Shown here one piece after another: positions 1 to 7,623 of a DNA stretch of 31,856 bases. The DNA is from Crocosphaera subtropica ATCC 51142. GTDB lineage: Bacteria; Cyanobacteriota; Cyanobacteriia; Cyanobacteriales; Microcystaceae. Positions within the stretch are counted from its first letter, which is position 1; the number at the start of each line of letters is the position of its first letter. The notes beneath the pieces were generated by a model, which did no database searches, was not told where the DNA came from, and saw only the letters and a list, made by a program, of their open reading frames with translations. The stretch is from the NCBI RefSeq assembly GCF_000017845.1, contig NC_010541.1, positions 1 through 31,856 on the forward strand, written 5' to 3'. The position numbers and the translations under genes are program-made.

Positions 1-10
1 AAAGTTCTCA

Positions 11-40
11 AGTGACCTATTAATAATGGGTCACTTTTTC
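11..40 (+). terminator. Rho-independent terminator-like hairpin
   Basis: Stem AGTGACC (11-17) pairs with GGTCACT (29-35) across an AT-rich loop, followed by TTTT (36-39). No gene lies upstream inside the window. If the replicon is circular, the hairpin sits about 10 nt after the stop of the giant ORF (31854-31856). Confidence 0.5.
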
Positions 41-95
41 TGGTTTTCAGTTTGACGATTAACCACTTTATCCCAACTCATTTTCTTGGAGATTT

Positions 96-926
96 ATGAC
101 AATGAACCCTCAAAACCTTCAATCTTTGAAGAAAACTATGGCTTTTAAAGTATCAGTTGCTATGGTGCCAATTCTGACTATTAGTAGTTTAATAATATCT
201 CCATCGGCTCAAGCTGGACAGATGAATCCTGGTTTTGAAAATGGTCTAGCTAATTGGACACCTAGTGGTGATGTTAGCCTTGATACCGGACTTCTTGGTA
301 GTGGGCCTTTATTTGGTAATTCTCAGGCATTGTTAACAACAGCTTCGTTGGAACAAGATGATTCGCCTTCCCCTGCTGGAGCGTTCAATTTTTCAGGAAA
401 TTCTGCTGTTTCAACTGGTTCGCCTTCCGATCTAGAAACCGCATTAGGTTTATCACCAGGAGACTTAGATATATCTCCATTTTTACAAGCCTTTGAAGGG
501 TCTGCTATTGTTCAAAGCTTCACCGTTGAAGAAGGAGAAACTATCAGTTTCAGTTGGAATTTTTTGACTAATGATTCTAATTCTGATTTTCCATTGACTT
601 TTGGAAGTCCGAGAGATTATGCTTTCATTGTGCTTGATGGCACAATTACAACCCTTGCTGATACCAATTCATCCTTATTATCTTCTTCTAGTACCCTTTT
701 TAACCAAGAAACGGGATTCCAAACATTTACCTCAAATCCTCTAACTGCTGGTGTTTACACTTTGGGTATTGGCATTGTGGACATCCAAGATACGGCTTCA
801 ACTTCTGCACTACTAATTGATGCACCCCAAGAAACACCTGTCACAACACCTGAACCCAGTTCTAAACTAGGTTTATTGTTATTAATCACCCTTGGGGTAA
901 GTTCTTTAGTTAAGAGATGGAGTTAA
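96..926 (+). CDS. Secreted PEP-CTERM sorting-domain protein
   Basis: 276 aa. N-terminal signal peptide with a hydrophobic core and a SPSAQA/GQ cleavage-like site. C-terminus TPEPSS + LGLLLLITLGVSSLV + KRWS gives the PEP motif, a TM helix and a basic tail. GGAG at 88-91 precedes ATG 96. Confidence 0.85.
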   Translation: MTMNPQNLQSLKKTMAFKVSVAMVPILTISSLIISPSAQAGQMNPGFENGLANWTPSGDVSLDTGLLGSGPLFGNSQALLTTASLEQDDSPSPAGAFNFSGNSAVSTGSPSDLETALGLSPGDLDISPFLQAFEGSAIVQSFTVEEGETISFSWNFLTNDSNSDFPLTFGSPRDYAFIVLDGTITTLADTNSSLLSSSSTLFNQETGFQTFTSNPLTAGVYTLGIGIVDIQDTASTSALLIDAPQETPVTTPEPSSKLGLLLLITLGVSSLVKRWS

Positions 927-953
927 GTCACATCTCAAGTTTTTTTAATGAAG

Positions 954-992
954 TTGAGCCAAGATGTTTATTAAAACAAAATCTTGGCTCAA
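954..992 (+). terminator. Stem-loop downstream of the PEP-CTERM gene (possible terminator)
   Basis: Perfect 12-bp inverted repeat TTGAGCCAAGAT (954-965) / ATCTTGGCTCAA (981-992) with a 15-nt AT-rich loop, 28 nt after the stop. No clean T-run follows, so terminator function is uncertain. Confidence 0.35.
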
Positions 993-1026
993 CGCTGATC
1001 TGACTAGCAAAAGCTTACGAAAAATT

Positions 1027-1338
1027 TCATTATCGCCTTTGTATAGCAGACGAGAAATTTTGGTCGCTAAGGGATTTTTTTTATAAACTGTCCCATTTAC
1101 GATGGTTGGTAATCAAATTATTGATCGCCTGTGATAAAGATTTAGCAATGGTTTGAGAAAAAACTGTCCCAGAAAAAGGCTAAAGTGGGACACTAACTCA
1201 AAACCGCTCATCTTCTCCATGAGCGAGCGCAATATAATTTTACTCTTAAAAGCAAGACCCTTTATCTATAGGAGTTTCAGCGTTTAAATTTTCCTTACCG
1301 ACCAAAATTTCCCCATTACTATACAAAGGCGATTATCA
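1027..1338. repeat. 312-bp non-coding segment bounded by 48-bp imperfect inverted repeats (MITE-like or structured region)
   Basis: Arm 1027-1074 matches the reverse complement of arm 1291-1338 at 39 of 48 positions by hand alignment, including the blocks ATCGCCTTTGTATAG and GAAATTTTGGTCG. An internal 7-bp hairpin is present: CGCTCAT 1205-1211 / ATGAGCG 1219-1225. No ORF and no obvious target-site duplication. Confidence 0.4.
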
Positions 1339-1356
1339 TCCCTTATTTTTATTTTA

Positions 1357-1392
1357 AACATCTGAACATCTGAACATCTAAACACCTAGATG
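1357..1392 (+). promoter_or_regulatory. 8-bp iteron array upstream of parA (candidate centromere/operator)
   Basis: Tandem AACATCTG AACATCTG AACATCTA AACACCTA with a strict 8-bp period. It ends about 45 nt before the parA start. A TAAAAT -10-like hexamer lies at 1404-1409. Confidence 0.6.
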
Positions 1393-1435
1393 CTCACTTA
1401 AGCTAAAATAAGATGATCCATTAATTCATCTCCCC

Positions 1436-2026
1436 ATGATCATCACCGTCGCCTCGTTCAAGGGAGGCGTAGGAAAATCCACCACGGCCTTACATTTAGC
1501 AGCTTACTGTCAGCAATTAGCCCCTTCGCTGTTGGTAGACGGGGACTTAAACCGCAGTGCTTTAGACTGGGCTAGTCGGGGACAACTACCCTTTAAAGTC
1601 GTGGATGAAAAACAGGGCGTGAAATATGCCAGAAACTACGAACACATTATTATCGACACCCCTGCTCGTCCTGCACCCGACGATCTTAAAACCATTGCTG
1701 AAGGATGTGATTTACTAATTCTGCCTACCAGTCCCGATGCTTTGGCTTTAGGAGCAACTTTGCAAATGGTTGATGCTCTGCACTCGTTAGAAGCAAATTA
1801 TCGAATTTTACTGACCTTAATACCTCCACGTCCCTCTAAAGCAGGCTCTGAAGCAAGAACCGCCATTAAAAATGCCCAATTGCCCCTGTTTAAAACAGGG
1901 ATTCGGCGGTTGGCAGTGTTTCAAAAAGCAGCCCTTGAGGGGGTTCCTGTCAATCAAGTTAAAGACCCCTACGCTAATGCAGCGTGGGATTGTTATGTCA
2001 AAGTCGGCCAGGAGATCCTACCATGA
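1436..2026 (+). CDS. parA: ParA-family partition ATPase (small, type Ib-like)
   Basis: 196 aa. Deviant Walker A box SFKGGVGKST at the N-terminus and IIIDTP Walker B-like. No N-terminal DNA-binding extension. Its stop overlaps the next ORF's start (ATGA at 2023-2026). Confidence 0.9.
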   Translation: MIITVASFKGGVGKSTTALHLAAYCQQLAPSLLVDGDLNRSALDWASRGQLPFKVVDEKQGVKYARNYEHIIIDTPARPAPDDLKTIAEGCDLLILPTSPDALALGATLQMVDALHSLEANYRILLTLIPPRPSKAGSEARTAIKNAQLPLFKTGIRRLAVFQKAALEGVPVNQVKDPYANAAWDCYVKVGQEILP

Positions 2027-2283
2027 ACAAAAAACCATCAAGCCGTTTTGATGACCTGTTCAGTGCAGCCCGTAATAAAACCCAAGAGACTTCATCAGAG
2101 TCAACAAAGACATCTCCTACAAAAAAAAGCAAAAGCCGTGACCCTGATTATGTGAGGACAACCATCTATCTTCCCAAGCGACTCCATCAACAACTGAAAG
2201 TGGCTGCCGTTCAAGGGGATAAGGATATGAGTGAGATTATAGAAGGGTTGGTCGATGCCTGGGTTCAGTCTGAGGACACTTAA
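2023..2283 (+). CDS. Ribbon-helix-helix centromere-binding partner (ParG-like)
   Basis: 86 aa from ATG 2023, with AGGAG at 2010-2014 and translational coupling to parA. The GTG at 1984 in the ORF track is probably not the real start. Basic, disordered N-terminal tail; C-terminal RTTIYLPKRLHQQLKVAAVQGDKDMSEIIEGLV fits a strand-helix-helix (RHH) pattern. Confidence 0.7.
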   Translation: MNKKPSSRFDDLFSAARNKTQETSSESTKTSPTKKSKSRDPDYVRTTIYLPKRLHQQLKVAAVQGDKDMSEIIEGLVDAWVQSEDT

Positions 2284-2331
2284 ATGTTTAGATGTTTGAA
2301 TGTTTAAACGTTTAAATAGCTAGATGTTTAG
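2284..2331 (-). promoter_or_regulatory. Inverted 8-bp iteron array downstream of the par operon (second candidate centromere)
   Basis: ATGTTTAG ATGTTTGA ATGTTTAA ACGTTTAA ATAGCTAG ATGTTTAG: six 8-bp units starting at the base after the stop codon. The reverse complement gives AAACATCT-type units matching the upstream array. Confidence 0.6.
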
Positions 2332-2436
2332 TCAAGGCTCAAGACCGATCTAAGTACAGAAAATCAGGGGTGAGAATGGGCAATCATTGTTTTGACAGAT
2401 TGATTTTTCTACCACACTATTTATCATGGGGGTATT

Positions 2437-2450
2437 TAGGAATATTCCTA
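2437..2450. promoter_or_regulatory. Perfect 14-bp palindrome TAGGAATATTCCTA (candidate operator)
   Basis: Perfect palindrome ending 10 nt upstream of ATG 2461 of the HTH gene. Confidence 0.4.
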
Positions 2451-2460
2451 GTATTTTTAA

Positions 2461-2736
2461 ATGTCTAATTCCCTAACCAGTTCAGAACATAATGTTTTGC
2501 GTCCCGAAGATTTTGACCCGCCTCTCAAGAGAAAAAAGGCGACTATACCTGGTTATTGGACAATTGAAGAGATTGCTAATGAGATTGGGGTGACACCGCG
2601 TCGGGTACGCTATGACATTACAGGACGACCCGAAACCAAAATTGAGCCATCCCTAGAAGCTTACAGAATTGGAAATTCATTGCTTGTTGCTGAACAAAAT
2701 GCGCTTGAATACATCCAGAGACAACGCAAACGTTAA
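2461..2736 (+). CDS. Excisionase-family / MerR-like helix-turn-helix DNA-binding protein
   Basis: 91 aa. WTIEEIANEIGVTPRRVRYDI followed by AYRIGNSLLVAEQNALEYI resembles the excisionase-type HTH pattern (HTH, then 'Y/F-R-hG-..-hh' wing). Located directly upstream of the rep gene. Confidence 0.6.
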   Translation: MSNSLTSSEHNVLRPEDFDPPLKRKKATIPGYWTIEEIANEIGVTPRRVRYDITGRPETKIEPSLEAYRIGNSLLVAEQNALEYIQRQRKR

Positions 2737-2972
2737 GAATCTTAATATTTTTTGAGTCAAAATTAGTTCCTCTACAAGAACAAAAAAGATATAATATTTC
2801 CCAATAGGTAAAAACCCCGCTAATCGTCTTACTTACTAGCCGGGCTTTTTGCATAACAAAAAAATTTTTTAATTACTAATGATCCTACCTCATCTTGGGC
2901 GGGAAAGACAAGTGCGCCCAAAAATTCTGCTGCGTGGCATTCCTCTACAACAACCAGGGGGAGTAGCCTAGC

Positions 2973-5900
2973 ATGAGAAACCAACTCACCCCAACTAACC
3001 GCTTTAACCCCTGTCCCATCTGCACCGACCACAGTGGAGACTGTCGAATCTCAGGGGACACCATGATCCTCTGTCATGGTTACATCGACAGTGATTCCCC
3101 CCTATCCGGCTGGAAATGGACAAAAACCAGCAGTAACGGAGTCTGGGGCGTTCATATCGTTGACGACGGCAAAGAATTCAACCGTGAACAATGGGAACGA
3201 GACAAGCTGCTAAGACAGCAACGAGAACTAGATAAACTCAACTTCCTAGGGAAAAATGCCCTACCCATTGGCCAACGAGATCAAAGCTACAAGCGACTTT
3301 CAAAGTATCTAGGACTAGGAGATCGGCACCGAAAAGACCTCCAGAAACGGGGGTTAAGCGACCTTCAAATCGATGAAATTCCCTTTTTCTCCCTCGACCA
3401 ATATTCCCCTATCCCGTCAGGAATCCCTGACAATTTGCCAGGAATAGGAACAGATTATTATTCGGGAAATGTTAAATTTTGTGTATCTGACCCTGGCTAT
3501 TTTTGCCCTAGCTTTGACATCAAAGGGAAAATTAACGGCGGTCAGGTTCGCTACGAAACCAAGAATAATAAATACCGATGGTTAAAAGGGGTCTTCTCAT
3601 CCCATTTACCCAATGGAGAATTACCTATCACCCTGGTAAGGGGGTATAAGGGGACAAAGGGACAAGAGGATTCTAAAGACGCTACTCAAACTAACCATCC
3701 ACCAGACCCCACCAAAAATGAGCTTGAAGACCCCTCAACCGACTCAAAGGTATCAAACCCCCTTTACCTCGTTGAAGGCATCTTAAAGCCCGTTATTGCC
3801 TCAAAGAATTTAAAGATTGATGTTTGTGGGGCCAGTGGTGGCCACTTCAAAGGTTCCCCAAAACAGTTCAAAGAAATCATCGCCCGTTACCAAACCCTGA
3901 TTCTCTGTCCCGATGCAGGGGATATCCTCAACCCCCAAGTGATGCAGCGATGGTTAAGCCAAATTGAGTTTATTAAATCATTAGAATTAGGTCACACCCT
4001 GAAAATTTTATGGTGGGGGCAAACCATAAAAAACTCCAGTGACCTTGATGAAATTCATCGGGAAAGATTTAGGAAAGCCAATGAAATTAGCGTTGATCAT
4101 TTTCTCGAAATCGCTAACTTAGAACAATATCGAGAAAAGACTCAAAAAGCTTGGCAAACCACCAAACATTTTACCCCTGATGTCACTATTGACCAGACCT
4201 TTATTAACCTACCTTGCCCCCAAGACAATACCATACTTTGCCTCAAAAGCGGACTAGGAACCGGCAAAACCACCGACTTAATTAAACATCTCAATGGTTA
4301 TGAAAATGAAAATGGAGAGTGGATTAATGGTCAGTGGTTTGGAGAAGGAGCCGTTAATTTAGGCTATCGAAATACCTTACTTTTACAATTCTGTGAGAAA
4401 TCAGGGTTCTTACACATTCACCATGATTCTCGCTTCATTGATATTACCAAACCCTATAGTCGAACCGCAGCTTGTGTCAACAGTTTATTGAGACACTATA
4501 CCCTAGAATCCTTTGACGACAAAATCCTCATTTTAGATGAAGTTGTTTCTATTATTAAACATCTCCTCTTTAGTGGCACCATCAGGCAAAGGTCAGAGAC
4601 GATTGCGATGTTTATGGAAGCTATTAAACGGGCGAAAACTGTGGTCTGTTTAGATGGTAATCTCTCGGATATGTACTGTCAGTTCATGGCAACTTGTGAC
4701 CCCAGTAAACGACTGATAAAAGTTGAGAATACCTATCAAGGAAACAAACCCGAACTCATCCTTTTAGAAGGAACCATTAATAATAAAGGGAATCTCAGAA
4801 AACGAGATAATGCTCCTTGGTTAAATGCCCTCTTAAACACAGCCGAATTGCCAGTGGTGGCTGCCGATTCTCAAATCTTATTAGAATCCATTGATGACTT
4901 ATTTATCGCTCAAGGAAGGAAGGGCATTCGCATTGATTCTAAAACGATTAATCAGAAAAAAGTCAAAGCCTTTCTTAAAGACCCGGTGGCTTGGATTAAG
5001 AAACATCAACCCGACTATTTATTATTTAGTCCCAGTTGTGAAAGTGGGCTTGATGTAGCCATTACCAACTATTTTAGTCACTTTTTTGGCTTCTTCTTTG
5101 GGGTGATTGATGCCGATGCCATTACCCAAATTATTGCCCGTGTTAGAGATGCTAATCTCACTCGTTATTTATGGGTCATGCCCTATATTAAACAGGATAA
5201 TCCTGATAATATTAATAGTCCCTTAGTCGAAAATCTCCAGTATCATTTGAACCAAAGATTAGTCTCTGACATTCATAATGTCATGAGTGGGTTAGCTGAT
5301 GCCGAAAAATTAATCTCAGAGATTGTCACCGAGTTTAAAGACTCACAAAATACCCCTCAACATCAACTCGCTCAACGCATTCAAGCCATGAAAAACTATG
5401 AGAAGTCTAATCTCAGAGAATGTGTTTATTGGCTACTAGCAGAATTCGGCTATGATATTTCTCAAAGAGTGGCCCCGCTTGAGGATGCCCAAGTTAAAGC
5501 AACCGGTAAAAAAGTCTCTGAAACTAACAAGTTAAACAAACAAAGTAACAGTAAAGATATTGCCAATGCGTCTGATAAATACATTGGTCAACCGGAAACC
5601 CTGCTTAATTATGATGCCTCCTGGGAAGAACGATGTGCTTTAATGAAAGCGTGGATCGTCAATACCTTACCTGGAATTCATGAACAGGAAATTTGGTCCG
5701 GTGATTTTGTCTATCAGATCAAATACGAATATCCCAACCTGATTAATCAATTAGAGGATCGTTACTTACTCCATAACCTCGATAAGTGTAAAGAACGATC
5801 TCAACGCATTTACCATTCTCAGTTAGTTAAGGGACGTTTGGGTAATACTTTGACCCCTTGGAAACATAACCCCCGCTATCTACGCTTAAAGGTATTAGAA

Positions 5901-6722
5901 ACCATTGGCTTAAAAGATTTTATCCATAATCATTACGATCTTGAATTTACCTCGGATTATGAACCCCTTCAGGCCATCTTGAAACAATGTCGTTATAAGA
6001 AACATTGGCAAGATTTAGGGAAAAAACCTGGATCTAATCCCATGAGGTATTTTAAATGGTTGTTAAACCAGATTGGTTACTCTCTCATCTCACGACGAAT
6101 CAAGACGAAAGAGAAACGAGATAGCTATGTCTACAGAATTTGTTCAGTTCCCGATGCTAAGTGTGCTTATTTAATAGATCCCATTATGGCGGCCATTGCT
6201 ACTCGTTATGAGCAAGACAAACCACGGTTAAATTGGGATGAAGGACGGGAACATATATTACAAATTGAAACTATGTTACAAGAAACGAGGGTGAATAATG
6301 CTCCGAAAATTTTCAACCATGATAATGCTGAAAATCCGCCACCCGAAAGGATTATGGATGGGCTTAAACCTCCCAACACTCTAGGAGAAGGTTTAACGGT
6401 TATCGCCCAGGAACTTGATACTACAAATAAGCCAAATTCTGGGAATGAGGATCATGTATCAGCGATTGTGTCAGCTTCAAACTCAGACAAGGGGGATCAA
6501 CTATCGGATGTCCCTGAAAAACCAACTCAACCCCAAGCATCTGAAGATGAAGGGTTCCATTGGAAGGACATTATTAATGATATGAACCGTCATTTGAAGC
6601 GGATAGGATGGACTATAGAGAAGGGGAGAAACTATCTCAATTCTCGTTATGGGGTTAGATCCAGGCTACAGTTAACGGATGATCAACTGATAGAATTTTG
6701 GGACTTCTTGAAGATGGCTTAG
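2973..6722 (+). CDS. Plasmid replication primase-helicase fusion (Zn-finger + Toprim + P-loop NTPase; CyRepA-like)
   Basis: 1249 aa. CPICTDHSGDC..LCHG cysteine/histidine cluster (nt ~3009-3077). Toprim-like Glu in LYLVEGILK (GAA 3774-3776) and DAGD (3912-3923). Walker A GLGTGKTT (4251-4274) and Walker B ILILDEV (~4524-4544). GGGGGAG RBS at 2957-2963. Confidence 0.8.
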   Translation: MRNQLTPTNRFNPCPICTDHSGDCRISGDTMILCHGYIDSDSPLSGWKWTKTSSNGVWGVHIVDDGKEFNREQWERDKLLRQQRELDKLNFLGKNALPIGQRDQSYKRLSKYLGLGDRHRKDLQKRGLSDLQIDEIPFFSLDQYSPIPSGIPDNLPGIGTDYYSGNVKFCVSDPGYFCPSFDIKGKINGGQVRYETKNNKYRWLKGVFSSHLPNGELPITLVRGYKGTKGQEDSKDATQTNHPPDPTKNELEDPSTDSKVSNPLYLVEGILKPVIASKNLKIDVCGASGGHFKGSPKQFKEIIARYQTLILCPDAGDILNPQVMQRWLSQIEFIKSLELGHTLKILWWGQTIKNSSDLDEIHRERFRKANEISVDHFLEIANLEQYREKTQKAWQTTKHFTPDVTIDQTFINLPCPQDNTILCLKSGLGTGKTTDLIKHLNGYENENGEWINGQWFGEGAVNLGYRNTLLLQFCEKSGFLHIHHDSRFIDITKPYSRTAACVNSLLRHYTLESFDDKILILDEVVSIIKHLLFSGTIRQRSETIAMFMEAIKRAKTVVCLDGNLSDMYCQFMATCDPSKRLIKVENTYQGNKPELILLEGTINNKGNLRKRDNAPWLNALLNTAELPVVAADSQILLESIDDLFIAQGRKGIRIDSKTINQKKVKAFLKDPVAWIKKHQPDYLLFSPSCESGLDVAITNYFSHFFGFFFGVIDADAITQIIARVRDANLTRYLWVMPYIKQDNPDNINSPLVENLQYHLNQRLVSDIHNVMSGLADAEKLISEIVTEFKDSQNTPQHQLAQRIQAMKNYEKSNLRECVYWLLAEFGYDISQRVAPLEDAQVKATGKKVSETNKLNKQSNSKDIANASDKYIGQPETLLNYDASWEERCALMKAWIVNTLPGIHEQEIWSGDFVYQIKYEYPNLINQLEDRYLLHNLDKCKERSQRIYHSQLVKGRLGNTLTPWKHNPRYLRLKVLETIGLKDFIHNHYDLEFTSDYEPLQAILKQCRYKKHWQDLGKKPGSNPMRYFKWLLNQIGYSLISRRIKTKEKRDSYVYRICSVPDAKCAYLIDPIMAAIATRYEQDKPRLNWDEGREHILQIETMLQETRVNNAPKIFNHDNAENPPPERIMDGLKPPNTLGEGLTVIAQELDTTNKPNSGNEDHVSAIVSASNSDKGDQLSDVPEKPTQPQASEDEGFHWKDIINDMNRHLKRIGWTIEKGRNYLNSRYGVRSRLQLTDDQLIEFWDFLKMA

Positions 6723-6789
6723 TTGAGGTGGATTCAACTAATTTCTGTATAGCGTGGAATTCAAGCTGAATCTAACTGTACATCTAATT

Positions 6790-7182
6790 CTATTGTCTCT
6801 CTGTAGAATTATCAGCAAGCCAGTCATTAAGTTGCTGTTCACTAAGCTCACCAGCAGCTAAGGCCAACATAACCGTCACCACTTCCACTTCCGGCGCAAT
6901 TAAATCAATCCCATTGACCTTGAGAAACACTGCCATGACTACGAAAGCCGTTCGCTTGTTGCCATCAACAAAAGGGTGGTTTTTGGCGACTCCCCAACCA
7001 ATGGCCGCAGCTAACTCATACAGACTAACATCTTGTTGATAAGTGTAAAGGTGTTTGCTTCTGGCCAAGGCCGAAGATAATTTACCTTCATCCAAAATAC
7101 CAGAAGCCCCACCAAACAAAGCAAGCTGCTGGCTATGAATCGCCCTAGCCATTCTTTCAGTAATCCAGATTGGTTCCCTCAC
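6790..7182 (-). CDS. doc: Doc (death-on-curing) / Fic-family toxin
   Basis: 130 aa with the Doc signature HPFVDGNKRTAF. Overlaps the upstream antitoxin gene by 4 nt. Confidence 0.9.
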   Translation of the reverse strand: MREPIWITERMARAIHSQQLALFGGASGILDEGKLSSALARSKHLYTYQQDVSLYELAAAIGWGVAKNHPFVDGNKRTAFVVMAVFLKVNGIDLIAPEVEVVTVMLALAAGELSEQQLNDWLADNSTERQ

Positions 7183-7400
7183 TTAGCCAACTCTTTTAAA
7201 GCATTACGGTAATGGCGGGTGATTTCCCCTGCAGCTTCCATCACCTGTTCAAATTCAGGATCGTAAGCGGTTAACTCTATTCCATCGGGGGTTTCAGTCA
7301 GATAGAGGGTGTCTCCTTCATTGACTTGTAACTTATCAAGGATTTCTTTGGGAAAAGTCGTTCCGATGGAATTTCCAATCTTCCTGAGTTTTAACTTCAT
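7179..7400 (-). CDS. AbrB/MazE/SpoVT-family antitoxin paired with Doc
   Basis: 73 aa. N-terminal LRKIGNSIGTTFPKEILDKLQVNEGDTL is the swapped-hairpin AbrB/MazE pattern. Translationally coupled to doc. Confidence 0.85.
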   Translation of the reverse strand: MKLKLRKIGNSIGTTFPKEILDKLQVNEGDTLYLTETPDGIELTAYDPEFEQVMEAAGEITRHYRNALKELAK

Positions 7401-7420
7401 GATTTTCTTATTCGTGATGA

Positions 7421-7440
7421 GTAATTACAATTGTAACTAC
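7421..7440. promoter_or_regulatory. Near-palindromic operator candidate for the Doc TA operon
   Basis: GTAATTACAATTGTAACTAC contains the perfect 12-bp palindrome TTACAATTGTAA (7425-7436), 21-40 nt upstream of the antitoxin start (7400, minus strand). Confidence 0.45.
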
Positions 7441-7556
7441 CAACTTTTCATAACTTATATAAAGCCAGGGAAAATTCCCCTGATTTAGCTAGGCTAGGAT
7501 TTAGGAGACTCAAGATTAACTTATCAATCGAGCGTTAAATCAGTAGGGAAGTTTAA

Positions 7557-7612
7557 GAAATTTGGCTAGAGTTAGCTTTGAGATCAAACAGATGAGTTAG
7601 TAGCCAAATTTC
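7557..7612 (-). terminator. Stem-loop just downstream of the relaxase stop
   Basis: Perfect 12-bp inverted repeat GAAATTTGGCTA (7557-7568) / TAGCCAAATTTC (7601-7612) with a 32-nt loop, 12 nt after the relaxase stop on the minus strand. The large loop and lack of a T-run keep confidence low. Confidence 0.3.
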
Positions 7613-7623
7613 TGACCTGGCTT

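Noticed and set aside
1984-2022. GTG start at 1984 for the RHH ORF, as given in the ORF track
   Set aside because: This extension lies entirely inside the 3' end of parA in another frame. ATG 2023 has an AGGAG at proper spacing and an ATGA overlap with the parA stop.
1357-2331. Short tandem repeats considered as a possible CRISPR array
   Set aside because: The units are only 8 bp and directly abutting with no spacers, and they flank a par operon. They fit iterons or centromere boxes, not CRISPR. The large repeats in 22629-31418 are in-frame coding repeats.
2805-2862. Possible terminator AAAAACCCCGC...GCCGGGCTTTTT after the HTH gene
   Set aside because: The stem has mismatches (only about 4 G-C pairs plus A-T pairs) and a long loop. 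It is too weak to call.
2618-3032. Two minus-strand ORFs (2618-2854 and 2829-3032) between the HTH and rep genes
   Set aside because: They overlap the 3' end of the HTH gene and the 5' end of rep. They have no recognisable motifs or ribosome-binding sites and span AT-rich intergenic DNA.
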